From an uncultured delta proteobacterium (GTDB lineage: Bacteria; Myxococcota; UBA727; VGSZ01): a stretch of DNA of 64,000 bases. Both the position numbers and the translations under genes were made by a program. This document shows positions 21,568-32,501 of the stretch, one piece after another. Under the pieces are notes generated by a model that made no database searches, was not told the DNA's origin, and saw only the letters and a program-made list of their open reading frames with translations. The DNA lies in contig CAVZJB010000016.1 of NCBI GenBank assembly GCA_963775425.1, forward strand, positions 704,001 through 768,000, in the 5' to 3' direction. The number at the start of each line of letters is the position of its first letter. The stretch's first letter is position 1.

Positions 21568-24500
21568 TCAGTTGCACTGCACGATGAACGAGTCGGTCTG
21601 CACCAGCCCGCCCAGACGCACCGTGACGGTGTTGAGCTGGTTGCCGGTGACGTTCCCGCAGTCGGCGACGAGGGTCGCCTTGAACACGGGCGCGTGCAGC
21701 GCGGGCATCGACTTGCACTCGGGCAAGATGCGGCTCACGCGGTCGCCGAAGCCGCACGCGGCGGCGTCCACGGCGGCGTCGACGTCGCCGACGACCTTCG
21801 CCCCCTGGCCCTCGAGCGTGACGGAGGCGCGCTCGGTGAAGCCCGGGTTCGGGCAATTCCCGTTCCCATCCGAGAAGAGATAGGACAGCTCGAACGAGCC
21901 GGTCGCGCTGAGGTTCGGCAGCGGGCACCGCGCGATCCTCTGGCCGCCGGCGGTCTCCGTGCACACGGCGGTAATGCCGCCGCCCGCGGCGCAGCTGTGG
22001 CTGGTTCCCGGGGTCTCGGTGCACGCCTCGCCGATCTCGGCGAAGCCGCTGCCGACCTCGAGGACGTGGGTGGTGAGGAAGATTCTGGGTGTCCGCGTCC
22101 CACACCTTGTTGGTGCGCGTGGTGCCCGCGAGCGTGGGGAAGCCGAAGACGCCCTGGCCGTCGACGTCGAGGAACTTGTCGGTGTTGGCCACCTTCTCGA
22201 TGGGCGTGTTCTCGAAGCGCACGGCGTTGGTGAAGTCGTCGCGCACGCAGTTGTCGTTGACGTCGAGGAACGGCTCGGGCAGGTCGACGAACGCGTCGCC
22301 GAGGACCGGCTCACCCTCGTCCATGCGGCCGTTCGAGTTGCGATCGTCGAAGTCGAAGACGCCGTTGCCGTTGGTGTCCGAGAAGGCCTCGGCGCCGCGC
22401 GTGGAGGCCATGATGGTGCGCAGGCCGTCCTGCGGGCACGTCGTCACGCCGGTGAAGTCGAAGCAGCCGAGGTTGGCGGGGCAGTCGTCGCCGTCGACGA
22501 AAGAGATGCCCCCCGAGACGCCGGTCAAGCAGCTCACCGGGAACCCGCCGGCGCGATGCTCGGCGATGTACGTGCGGATGACGGCGCGGGCGCCGGTGCC
22601 GGTGGTGTCGTTGGCGACGTCCTGCGCGGTCGGCGGGCTCAGCAGGATGCTGGCGGCGTCGGTGGCGTCGACGAGCCCGTCCGGGATGAGCGGACAAAAC
22701 GCCGCCGTCCCCGGATCGTTGCACAGCGCGATGAGGTTGCACGGCGTCGTGATGGTGTCGTCGAAGCACGCCTGGGCGTCAGCGACGGTGAAGGGGTTGC
22801 CGGTGGCGGCCGTCTGCAGCTCGCTCTCGCTTTGCGGCAGGATGGGCGCGTAGCTCCACGACGACACATCGGTCCTCGGATCGAGGAAGTTGTTCGAGCC
22901 CACGGACACGGTGGCGGCGCCGCCCTGCGTGGTCTCGGCGGCGGCCTCGTTGCCCGCCTCCGCGTTGAACTGCACGATGAGGCCGTCCACGGTATTGGTG
23001 AAGCGATCGACGAGCTCCGCGGTGCACGACGCCGTCCACGGCACCGACACGGCGGTCTGATCGCAGACCAAGAAGCTCGTCTCGAAGCTCGGCAGGCCGC
23101 TGACGATGGCGATCGGGCTGGACGTGCCGACCCGAATGACCGGGTTGCCGTCCGAGTCGCGCGCGGCGACCGCCGTGGCGATGACGGTGACGGGCCCGGG
23201 GTTGGTGCCCGCAGACAGGGTGGTGGACACGGTGCCGTCCGCGGCCGAGGTGTCCTCGGGTTGCACCGTGATGGCCGGGTCGGCGCTCACGTTCTTGCTG
23301 AACGTGACGGGCACGTTCGGCAGCGGCTGGCCCCTGTCGTCGGTGAGCCTGAAGGTCACCTGCGCCGTGGAGGGGAGCGAGCTGCCGAGGACGCCGAGGG
23401 CGGCGTCGGGCACCACCGAGACGAACTCGATGTTCTGCAGGATGGGCCCGCGATCGATGTGGATGGTGAGCTCGGCGTCGGCCGTGCCGCCCGCACCGTC
23501 GCTGCCCGTGCCGATGAGGTCGGCGTTGCTCGTGGGGACGGGGTCGCCGTCCTGACACACGACGTCGACGGTGGCCTCGCCGTTTCCGTCGAAGGTCGAG
23601 ATGGTCTGCGCGGCCGGATCGCCTGTGGCGAAGCGGATGAAGCCGGTGGAGCTCGCGGGAATGGTGAGCTGCACGGACCCGCCGCTCACCGCCGCGTCGT
23701 CCTTCGTGAGGGAGACCGTCACCGTGGTGGTGCGCTGGGCGGCGTTGCCGGTCGACAGCAGCGTGAGCGGATCGTTGCTCAGGTTGAGCGTGAGCTGGCC
23801 CGGCGGGTTGACGACGAGCGTGGCCTCGTCCGTCTTCGCCGGACCGATGCTCGGCTGGAAGGTGCCGTCGATGACGGCGTTCGTGACGTCCGTGACCGCG
23901 GTGGTGGCGATGTCGGCCGTTGCCTGGCCGGAGCCGTCGAGGGTGACGTCGAGGGTGGCGTTGCCGCCGAAGCTGGCGGCGGTGGAATTGATTGTCAGGC
24001 TCACGACCGCGCCGGCCGCGGGCGTCCCGTCGCTGTCGTTGCCGATGACGGTGAGGGTGTCGGGGCTCCCGCCCTTGATGCTGGTCTTGTCGAGCGTCAG
24101 GGTCAGCGTGGCCTGGTTCACGAACGCGCGCACGATGATGTCGGCGCTGAAGCTGGCGTTCCCGGTGGCGACGGTGACGGTCGCCGTCTCCGCGACGCTC
24201 GGCGCGTGGAAATCGAGGTGCGCCACGCCGTCGGTGGGCGTGACGTTGATGTTGGCGGTGCCCTGCGCGGCCCCGGTCTGCGACAAGACGTTGGTCTGCG
24301 GGTTGACGCCGTCGGCGACCGCGGTGGCGGACACGGCGAGCGCCTTGTCGAACGGGATGGTGACGCCTTGCGACGTCTGCGAAGCGTCGATCTCGATGTC
24401 GCAGACGCTCGCGCCGTCGCCCTGGATCGCGTTGCAGGCGTTGGTGTTGATCGTGACGACGACGTCCCCTTGCGGCGGGACGCAGGTGACGGTGATGGAC

Positions 24501-24895
24501 GCCGAGGCATCCCCGTTGGTCGCCGTGAGGACGACGCCGGCGTTCGCGTCCTGGGTGCAGATGAAGTCGAGGTCGAGCGCGCCCTGCGCGGAGGGATCCG
24601 CCGTCAGGCTGTCACCGGCGACGATGTCGCCGTCGCGCGGCGCGAGCGAGCCCTGCCCCGCGGGCACCGTGACGGTGATGGCCTTGGTGTCGGGTTTCCT
24701 GTCCTTGCCGATGGCGGACAGCGAGATCTGCAGGCGCGACACGCCGTCGGATTGCACCGAGGAGCCGCCCGGAAAGCGCGCGACGAGGGACGCCTGGCCG
24801 CCGATCTGGGGTTCCTGGCCGCCTCCGCAGTCGCAGCCGGAGCCGATGGCGCCGACGGCGATTCCAGCGAGAACGAAACAACGGGCGACACGCAT
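21568..24895 (-). CDS. ~1100-aa invasin/Big_1-type Ig-repeat surface lipoprotein; apparent +1 frameshift at ~22083
   Basis: Signal peptide + GCDC; VTFRLTDDRGQPLPNVPVTF Big_1 motif; DTNGNG/DRNSNG Ca-type loops; removing one base joins DADTQ to IFLTTHVLEV; SD GGAGGA. Confidence 0.75.
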
Positions 24896-25087
24896 GAGGA
24901 TCCTCCAAACGAACGGGAGCACATGTGACCCCGGGCTGCGGCCGGGAGTCAAATTGCAGGCACGTGCGCCCCGGAGTCTCCCTCGGACGTCGCCGGTCCG
25001 CAAAGAAGCTGCAGCGGGCGTCGTGTTGGGAGACGGAGCCGACGACGAGGTGCGATCGACACCGACATCGACACCGCGACGGCCTCG

Positions 25088-26368
25088 TCAGGGGCTCAGC
25101 TTTTCGACCGCCCGCCGCGACGCCGCCATGGCGCGCCGCGACGCCGCGCCGGACAGGACGAGGTGGAGGGCCGGCGACGACAACGCCGCGCGCGCCAACC
25201 TCCGCACCTCCTCCGCCTTCACGCGCCGGATCTCGCCCACCGCCTTGCGCGGCCGAAACGGCTCGCCGAAGAGCACGCCCTTCCCCGCCGCCTCCGCCAC
25301 CGCCGACGGATCGTCGAGGGAGTCGCGCATGTCACGCGCGTACCGGGCGGCGATGCGGGACATCTCGTCGGGCGTCGGCGGCCGCGCGACGACGCCGCGC
25401 AGCTCCCGGCACAGGGCGTCGACCAGGGGCCCGACGTGATCGGGGCGCACGCTGCCGCCGAGCTCGAGCACGCCCTTGTCCTCATAGAGATCGGCCATGG
25501 CCCACACGGAGTAGGCCAGGCCGTCGCGATCGACGATGCGCGCCTGCAGCCGCGAGGCCGGCCCGTCGTCGAGCAGCCGCGCGAGCACCTGCGCCGCCGC
25601 CGCGTCCTCGTGGCGAAAGCCCGGCAGCGGCGCGCACAGGCGCGCCGTGGTCTGCGGCGCCTCCGTCTCGATGAGCTGGACGCGGCTGCGCTTGGGCGCC
25701 GGCGGCGGGGTCCCGTACGGCGGGTGCGATCCGCGGGGCACGCGGCCGAAGCGCCGCCGCGCCGCCGACGCCACCGCCCGGGGCGACAGCGGCCCCGCGA
25801 TGCTGACGACGACGTTGTCGCCGACGTACGCGCGACGGTGGAAGTCGCGCACGGCGATCCGATCGAAGCGGCGCAGGAGCGTGGGCGTCCCCTCGATGGA
25901 GCGGGCCAGCGGGTGGCCGGCGAACACGCGGGCGAAGAGCGCGTTTTCGGCATCGATGTCGTGCCCCTGCTCGTCGAACAGCTCCGCGATCTCCTCCTCG
26001 ACGATGGAGCGCTCGACGGCCAACGACGAGAAGCGGGGCGCGGCGATCATGCCGGCGAGGAGGTCGAAGGCGTCGTCGAGGCGGTCGGGATCCACGCGCG
26101 TGTCGTAGGTGACACGGTCGCGGTACGTGGCGGCGGCGACGTCGCCGCCGAAGTCGTCGGCGCACAACGTGAGCGCGCGGACGTCCTTGTGCTTGTCGGT
26201 GCCGCGAAAGACCATGTGCTCGACGAGGTGGCTCATGCCCCACGTCTCGTCGTCCTCGTGCACCGGGCCGCCGCGCAACTGCACCCAGACGTGCGCGCGC
26301 GACAACGACTTCAACTGCGCCGTGAGCACCCGCACGCCGTTGTCCAGGACGGTCATGTCCATCTTCAT
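25088..26368 (-). CDS. M16 (pitrilysin) family zinc peptidase
   Basis: LDNGVRV, GMSHLVEHMVFRGT (HxxEH), SRL...GLAYSV. Confidence 0.92.
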   Translation of the reverse strand: MKMDMTVLDNGVRVLTAQLKSLSRAHVWVQLRGGPVHEDDETWGMSHLVEHMVFRGTDKHKDVRALTLCADDFGGDVAAATYRDRVTYDTRVDPDRLDDAFDLLAGMIAAPRFSSLAVERSIVEEEIAELFDEQGHDIDAENALFARVFAGHPLARSIEGTPTLLRRFDRIAVRDFHRRAYVGDNVVVSIAGPLSPRAVASAARRRFGRVPRGSHPPYGTPPPAPKRSRVQLIETEAPQTTARLCAPLPGFRHEDAAAAQVLARLLDDGPASRLQARIVDRDGLAYSVWAMADLYEDKGVLELGGSVRPDHVGPLVDALCRELRGVVARPPTPDEMSRIAARYARDMRDSLDDPSAVAEAAGKGVLFGEPFRPRKAVGEIRRVKAEEVRRLARAALSSPALHLVLSGAASRRAMAASRRAVEKLSP

Positions 26369-26369
26369 C

Positions 26370-27293
26370 TCACGCCATCTCGGGCGCGAGGTGCCGCGCC
26401 ACTTCGAGGACCACCTCGGCGGGGATGCCGCCCTTGTGGGCCGCGTCGAGGAACTCCGGCGGCGGCGCGGCCGCGAAGCGCACCGGCGCTCCGCCCGGGT
26501 GAAAGAGGGCGAGCGACAGCGCGTGCAGGCCGATGTGGGCCGCGCGCCCGCCGCCGTAGTGCCGGTCGCCGACGAGCGGGTGGCCGGCCTCGGCGAGGTG
26601 GACGCGGAGCTGGTGGGTGCGGCCGGTGCGCGGGGCGCACAGGGCGAGCGCCGCGGTGGTCCCCCGCGCGAGGACGGTGGCGAGGGTGACGGCGGGGACG
26701 CCGTCGGCGTCGACGCGGATGCGGCCCTCGCCGTCGCGGGCGCGCGTCAGGGGCCAGTCGAGGCGGGCGCGCGTCCACTCCGGCTGGCCGGCGACGAGGG
26801 CGAGGTAGCGCCGCTCGGCCGTGCCCTCGACGAGCTGGCGGCCGACGCTGTGGGCGGCGTCGGAGCTGCGGGCGAAGATCACGACGCCGGTGGTGTGGGT
26901 GTCGAGGCGGTGGGCGGCGTGGAGGAAGGCGGTGTCCTCGCCGAGCGCCTTGAGCGCGTCCTCGAGCCCCTTTTTGAGCGTGCCCCGGCTGCCCTCGCGG
27001 GTGGGCTCGGTGGGGACGCCCGCGGCCTTGTCGACGACGACGACGGCGCCGTCGCACGCGAGGATGCGCGGCGCGGGGGCGGGGCGCGAGGACCCGGGGG
27101 CGTCCACGGAGGCGTCGATGCGCGCGCCGGCGCGGACGGCGCGGGAGCACACCTGCACGCGCTTGCCGTCGACGAAGACGCTGCCGTCCTCCACCAGGCG
27201 GCGCGCCTGGCGCCGCGAGATCTGCGGCAGGAGCCTGGCGACGACGACGTCGAGGCGCTGGCCGGCGAGCTCTTCGGGGACCACCACGCGCAT
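26370..27293 (-). CDS. RluA/RluD family pseudouridine synthase with S4 domain
   Basis: GQRLD, DKAAG, HRLDTHTTG, TGRTHQLRVH, GHPLVGD. Confidence 0.93.
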   Translation of the reverse strand: MRVVVPEELAGQRLDVVVARLLPQISRRQARRLVEDGSVFVDGKRVQVCSRAVRAGARIDASVDAPGSSRPAPAPRILACDGAVVVVDKAAGVPTEPTREGSRGTLKKGLEDALKALGEDTAFLHAAHRLDTHTTGVVIFARSSDAAHSVGRQLVEGTAERRYLALVAGQPEWTRARLDWPLTRARDGEGRIRVDADGVPAVTLATVLARGTTAALALCAPRTGRTHQLRVHLAEAGHPLVGDRHYGGGRAAHIGLHALSLALFHPGGAPVRFAAAPPPEFLDAAHKGGIPAEVVLEVARHLAPEMA

Positions 27294-27429
27294 GTCGTTG
27301 CTCTTCTAGCATCCCTCGGGCTGCACCGGCCTGCCCCGGCATCCGGCGCGGTCGATCCCGTTTGGGGCGGGAAGCTTGCAGCTTTTCATGGCCGGTCTTT
27401 AGGATGTGCGCCGTTTCAACCGAGGTCTC

Positions 27430-27888
27430 ATGGCCAAGAAGCCGAATCCCGCAACCGACGCCCCAGACAAGCCCCCCGCCGAGCCGACCGTTCCGGCGAC
27501 GGCACCACCGGTGGAGGGCAAGGTCGCGCATCCGACGGAAAAGACCACGCGCCACCTGCGCGCGCCCATCGAAATCCGTGTGGAGATCACGGCGCGCAAC
27601 CAGAGCTTCACGACGACGTCACGCAACATCGCCCTCGGCGGCATCAGCTTCGAGTCCAACCAGGAGTTCCGCGTCGGCGATCTCGTCAACGTGCTGCTCT
27701 ACATCCCGGTGAAGAAGGAGCTCGACCTGTTGAAGGTCGCCTCCGAGGTCGTCTGGGTGGAGGACCTGAACGGCTCGTTCATGGCGGGCGCCGCGTTCCG
27801 CAAGTTCGCCCCGGGCGACGAGCGCCGGCTGCGCGCGTGGCTCATCGAGTCCGTGCGCGCGCAGAAGGCCGGCCGGCCGCTGGCTTGA
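27430..27888 (+). CDS. Single PilZ-domain protein
   Basis: TRHLRAPIEIRVEI...RNIALGGISF...EVVW...GAAF; SD GAGG. Confidence 0.8.
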   Translation: MAKKPNPATDAPDKPPAEPTVPATAPPVEGKVAHPTEKTTRHLRAPIEIRVEITARNQSFTTTSRNIALGGISFESNQEFRVGDLVNVLLYIPVKKELDLLKVASEVVWVEDLNGSFMAGAAFRKFAPGDERRLRAWLIESVRAQKAGRPLA

Positions 27889-27942
27889 TCAGCGCGGCCG
27901 CTCCCTCCGGTCGCTGATCGCGGGGGACGAGCCCGCCTGCGC

Positions 27943-28773
27943 TCAAAACGGGAAGTCGGAGTAGTGAAGGACGAGCCAGGTGTCGTCCTTCTGGTGCGCG
28001 AGCAGCAGGTGGTGCTCGGTGTCGCCGTCCTCTTCGATGCCGTGATCGAGGACCTCGAGGCTCTTGTACTGGGAGGCCGGGGCGAAGGCGCGCTCGGCGG
28101 CGGTGGCGACGTTGCCGAGGCGCTTTTCGATGTCCTTGCCGACGTCGGGATCGTCGGCGTTGTCGCGCTCCTCGGAGCCGACGTCGCGGAGGGTGCCGGC
28201 GAAGTCCGCGATGGCCGCCGAGCCGCGGGTGGAGTCGAACCAGTCCGACACCTCTTTGTCGGTGAGGTCGTCGTAGCCGACGATGTCGCGCAGGATGTCC
28301 GCGCGCGACTTGCTCTTCGGATACGTCGAGACCTCGATGTACTTGCCGTAGTCGTTGATGTCCGGGATCTCGGTGCCCTTCACGGCGTCCTTGAGCTTCT
28401 GCAGCGCCGCGCCGGCGCCGGCGCCGGTGGGGGCGCGGCCGCGCAGGATGAGGAGATCGTCGACGAGGTCCGCGGGCAGCTTGCGGATGTCGGCGAGGCT
28501 GACCTTGCCGTCCTTGCCCGCGGCCGTGCTGAGGTTGGCGCGGACGTAGCGGGCGCCGCTGTCGATGACGGTGTCGGCGTTCGCCCAGTGCTTCCCGGTG
28601 TGATCGAAGTAGTTGCGCGCGTTGTCCGCGTAGGGGCCGGTCATCTCCTCGGCCTTGTGGGGCGTGAGGCGGCCGCTGTCGCCGGCGGCGTCGCGCACGG
28701 CGGCGGCGAAGCCGCGGGTCCAGGCGTTGGCGGCTTTGTCGACGGTGGGGGTGGTGCGCAAGGTCGGCATCAT
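27943..28773 (-). CDS. Hypothetical protein
   Basis: Strong GC3 bias, D/K-rich globular composition, GGAG before ATG. Confidence 0.8.
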   Translation of the reverse strand: MMPTLRTTPTVDKAANAWTRGFAAAVRDAAGDSGRLTPHKAEEMTGPYADNARNYFDHTGKHWANADTVIDSGARYVRANLSTAAGKDGKVSLADIRKLPADLVDDLLILRGRAPTGAGAGAALQKLKDAVKGTEIPDINDYGKYIEVSTYPKSKSRADILRDIVGYDDLTDKEVSDWFDSTRGSAAIADFAGTLRDVGSEERDNADDPDVGKDIEKRLGNVATAAERAFAPASQYKSLEVLDHGIEEDGDTEHHLLLAHQKDDTWLVLHYSDFPF

Positions 28774-28836
28774 GGGCTCCGGGTATGTGGGCACATGTAG
28801 TTTCGGCACCCCCATTTCAGGGTTGCGGCCGGATCC

Positions 28837-29559
28837 TCAGCGGCTGACGACGACCCCGCGGGCGGGGACGTCCTTGCGGGTGTCGAGGCGGCTGCCGGCC
28901 ACGGGCACCAGGGCGCGATCCCCGGCGCACACCGCGGGGCCGCTGGCGAGGAGCTTCAAGGGAGCGGGCGCGACGGCGCTCACCGCCGACGGCACCGTGC
29001 GCCCGCACCCGGCGACGAGGTCCACGGCGCTGCCGGCGGCGTCGACGACGTCCTTGCCCGCGAGGACGACGGCCCACACGGCCGGGGCGTCCCGCCGGAC
29101 CACGGCGCGGCCCGGCAGGCGGACGCCGGCGCCGTAGAGCACCGCCGGCGCGGGGCTGCCGGCGGCCGGGTCGACGACCAGGCGCAGCGCGCGCGGCCCC
29201 GGCAGCGGGAGCCCCTCGCCGCCGTGGGGGAGCGCCTGCAGCGGCTCCGCCCAGTCGCCGGCGTCGTCGATGGTGATGCTGACGGCGCCGCCGCGGTCGA
29301 GCACCGTGGCGCCCCGGGGGGCGGCGGGCAGCGTCGAAAAGCCGCGGCCCTGCTGATCGTCGGCGAGCGCCCCTGCCCCGCGCGCGCTCCCGCCGGCGAC
29401 CGGCGCCGCGAGCGCCCACACCAGCGCGCGGTGGACGCCCGTGTCCTCGACGGCGATGAACACGAGCGGCGCCGTGGGCGCGTCCGGCACGAACACCACG
29501 TCGAGGCTCGGCGGCGGCGGCGGCAGCGCGAGCGCGAGGAGGAGCAGCGCGGGTGTCAC
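28837..29559 (-). CDS. Hypothetical secreted protein
   Basis: Signal-like N-terminus; 13 bp downstream of recJ. Confidence 0.6.
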   Translation of the reverse strand: MTPALLLLALALPPPPPSLDVVFVPDAPTAPLVFIAVEDTGVHRALVWALAAPVAGGSARGAGALADDQQGRGFSTLPAAPRGATVLDRGGAVSITIDDAGDWAEPLQALPHGGEGLPLPGPRALRLVVDPAAGSPAPAVLYGAGVRLPGRAVVRRDAPAVWAVVLAGKDVVDAAGSAVDLVAGCGRTVPSAVSAVAPAPLKLLASGPAVCAGDRALVPVAGSRLDTRKDVPARGVVVSR

Positions 29560-29572
29560 GGGCGCAGGCCGT

Positions 29573-31291
29573 TCATCGCAGGTCCTTCACGCGGAGCTGG
29601 AGCGTGCGCGCGCCGCGGAACTCGTTGATCTCGGGCGTCGCCAGGAGGTCCACGGGCTGCGAGAGCTGCGGCGCCCGCTCCGCGGCGCCGAACGCGATCA
29701 TCTCGACATACCGCCCGGTCTCCACCACGGCCTTCAAGTGCCCCGTGCCCACCTCGCGCACCGCCGTGGGCTGGACGCCTTTGAAGAGAAAGACCGGCTC
29801 GGGGTTCTTGCGGCCGAAGGGCGCGGCGCGCTCGAGCGCCTGGCACAGCGGGACGTCCACCGACGCGACGTCGAGCTCGCCGTCGTAGACCATGACCTTG
29901 TGCAGGTCGTCCTCGGTGAGCACCGACGCGCCATGGGCGATGAGCGCGTCGCGAAACGCGTCGAGCCCGCCGCCCTGGGACGCGGGCTTCACGCGGACGC
30001 CGGCGGCGTGGGCGTGGCCGCCGAAGCCGTCGAGCGTCCCGGCCACGGCGCGCAGGCCGTCGTAGAGGTGGAAGCGCTCGATGCTTCGCCCCGAGCCGCG
30101 GCCGCCCTCGCCGACGACCACCGCGGGCTTGCCGAACCAATCCACCAGCCGCGACGCCACGATGCCGACGACGCCCGGGTGCCACCCCTCGTCGCCCACC
30201 ACCAGGACCGGCGCGCTCCGCAGCAGGGCGCTGTCCTCGATCTGCCGCACGGCCTCGTCGAGGATCTTCTTCTCGATGCCGCGCCGCGAGCGGTTCTCGC
30301 CGTCGAGGCGCTGCGCGAGGCGGAACACCTCGTCGTCGTCGTGCGAGCGCAGCAGCGTCACCGCCTTCATGGCGTCGCCGAGGCGGCCCGCGGCGTTCAC
30401 GCGCGGGCCGAGCTGGAAGCCGAGCGTGGAGGCGCTCGCGTCGCCAGCGTCCTCCCCGCTCACGTCGAGGAGCGCGCGCAGGCCCGGCCGCCGCCCCATG
30501 CGCAACAAGCGCAGGCCGCCCGACACGAGCACGCGGTTCTCCCCGACGAGCGGCACCACGTCGGCGACGGTGCCGAGGGCGACGAGATCGAGGGCGTCTT
30601 TGAGGTCGGGCTCCGGGCGCGACGACGAAAAGAACCCGCGCTCGCGCAGGTGGCGGCGCAGCGCCAGGCACAGGTTGAACACGACGCCGACGGCGCAGAG
30701 CATCTCGGAGCCGCGCGTGCAGTCCGGCCGGTGCGGGTTGATGACGCTGACGGCGCGCGGGAGCTCGACCGGCACCGTGTGGTGGTCGATGACGACGACG
30801 TCGAGCCCGCGCGAATTCGCGTAGAGCACCTCTTCGTGGGCGGTGACGCCGCAGTCGACGGTGACGATGAGCGAGCAGCCCTGGTCCGCGAGCCGGTCCA
30901 CGCCGGCCTTGTTGAGGCCGTAGCCCTCGAGGAGCCGGTCCGGGATGGTGGCCCGCACCGTGGCGCCGAGGGCCTCGAGCAGGTCCCACAACACGACGGT
31001 GGAGGTGACGCCGTCGACGTCGTAGTCGCCGAAGATGCCGATGGTCTCGCCCTGCGTCACCGCGCGCGCGATGCGATCGAGCGCCGCGTCCATGCCCGCG
31101 AGGCGCAGCGGCTCCGGCAGGTCCTTGAGCTGGGGGGCGAGGTAGGCCCGCGCCTTGTCCGCGTCGTCCACGCCGCGGCCGACGAGGACGCGCGCGAGCG
31201 GCGGGGGCAGGCCGGACGCCGCGGCGACGGCGCTGACGGCGGCGGCGGCGGCGTTCCTCTCCTTCCACTTCACGTTCGGGCGCATGTGCAT
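29573..31291 (-). CDS. recJ: ssDNA exonuclease RecJ
   Basis: GDYDVDG, EGYGL, VDCG, IDHH, GTVADVVPL, PRVNAAGRL, GGHAHAAG. Confidence 0.97.
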   Translation of the reverse strand: MHMRPNVKWKERNAAAAAVSAVAAASGLPPPLARVLVGRGVDDADKARAYLAPQLKDLPEPLRLAGMDAALDRIARAVTQGETIGIFGDYDVDGVTSTVVLWDLLEALGATVRATIPDRLLEGYGLNKAGVDRLADQGCSLIVTVDCGVTAHEEVLYANSRGLDVVVIDHHTVPVELPRAVSVINPHRPDCTRGSEMLCAVGVVFNLCLALRRHLRERGFFSSSRPEPDLKDALDLVALGTVADVVPLVGENRVLVSGGLRLLRMGRRPGLRALLDVSGEDAGDASASTLGFQLGPRVNAAGRLGDAMKAVTLLRSHDDDEVFRLAQRLDGENRSRRGIEKKILDEAVRQIEDSALLRSAPVLVVGDEGWHPGVVGIVASRLVDWFGKPAVVVGEGGRGSGRSIERFHLYDGLRAVAGTLDGFGGHAHAAGVRVKPASQGGGLDAFRDALIAHGASVLTEDDLHKVMVYDGELDVASVDVPLCQALERAAPFGRKNPEPVFLFKGVQPTAVREVGTGHLKAVVETGRYVEMIAFGAAERAPQLSQPVDLLATPEINEFRGARTLQLRVKDLR

Positions 31292-31394
31292 CCGTCATAA
31301 CCCCTTTTGGGAACATCCGTCCCGGCGGGTCGAAGTTTGCGCAGGAGGCGCGCGCTTTTGCGCCGCCGGCCGGATTCTGTCGGAGGATTCGCTC

Positions 31395-32492
31395 ATGCTC
31401 CCGCTTCTCCTGCTCGCACACCTCGCGTCCGCGCCGCCGCCGCCCCCGGAGGCGGCGCCCACCGACGACAGGATGCGCACGGTCATCCTCGGGCTGAAGC
31501 CCCGGCGGGGCGTCGATGACACCAAGCTCGCCGCCGCGCTCACCGACGTGCTCCAGGGCGTCTACGCCGCCGACGGGCGCCGCATCGTCATCGGCCGCGA
31601 CGACATCACACGCGTGCTCGAGCTCGAGGCCGACAAGCAATCCATGGGCTGCGACAGCGACAAGTGCCTCGCCGAGATCGGACAGGCACTGAACGCGGAG
31701 CGCATCGTCAGCGGCTCGCTCGACAAGATCGGCGACGGCTGGATGGTGACGATGGCCGAGCTCGACGGCAAGACGCTCGAGCCGATCGCCCGCGCGCAAG
31801 ACCGCGTGAAGGACGACGAAAACGCCCTCGTCGACGCCGTCACCCGGCTCGCCACCGACCTCGTGCAGCAGACGGGGGCGTCCGCCAGCGGCCGCGTCGT
31901 CGCCAACGCCGGCTCCGTCTCGATCGAGAGCGACCCGCGCGGCGCCAAAATCGTGCTCGGCGGCGCCGAGATGGGGGAGACGCCGACAAAGATCGACAAC
32001 CTCGCCACGGGCACGCAGAAGCTGCGCCTGCTGCGCGACGACTACGAGCCCGTCGAGGTCGACGTCCCCGTCTACCCGGGCGGCGTCACCAAGGTGAACG
32101 CCCAGATGCGCATCCTGCGCAAGCTCGCCGAGCAGAACCTCGAGGCGCGGCGAACGGCGTGGCGCGACAAGAACCAATGGCACACCGTCGGCGCGTGGAC
32201 CAAGATCGCCGGCGGCGGCGTCATCGGCACCGCCGGCGTCCTCTACGGCGTCGGCAACGGCGTCGACAAGCTCCTGACCGGCAAGGGCGCCAACGGCGCC
32301 GCCGTCGCCGGCCTCGTCGTCGGCGGCGTCGGCGCCGCCGTGCTCGCCTGGGGCGTCATCGACCTGTTGAACCCGCCGCCGCCGCCGGTGCCCGAGTGGG
32401 AGATGGAGCGCAAGGTGACGGTGACGCCGCCCGACGGGAAGGGCGACGAGCAGGTGCACGTCATCCAGGAGGCGCCCGCCACGCGCGAGTGA
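31395..32492 (+). CDS. PEGA-domain protein
   Basis: GCDSDKCLAEIGQAL N-domain; IESDPRGAKIVLGG..GETP PEGA motif; C-terminal Gly-rich TM pair; SD GGAGGA. Confidence 0.85.
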   Translation: MLPLLLLAHLASAPPPPPEAAPTDDRMRTVILGLKPRRGVDDTKLAAALTDVLQGVYAADGRRIVIGRDDITRVLELEADKQSMGCDSDKCLAEIGQALNAERIVSGSLDKIGDGWMVTMAELDGKTLEPIARAQDRVKDDENALVDAVTRLATDLVQQTGASASGRVVANAGSVSIESDPRGAKIVLGGAEMGETPTKIDNLATGTQKLRLLRDDYEPVEVDVPVYPGGVTKVNAQMRILRKLAEQNLEARRTAWRDKNQWHTVGAWTKIAGGGVIGTAGVLYGVGNGVDKLLTGKGANGAAVAGLVVGGVGAAVLAWGVIDLLNPPPPPVPEWEMERKVTVTPPDGKGDEQVHVIQEAPATRE

Positions 32493-32501
32493 GGCGGGCG
32501 C

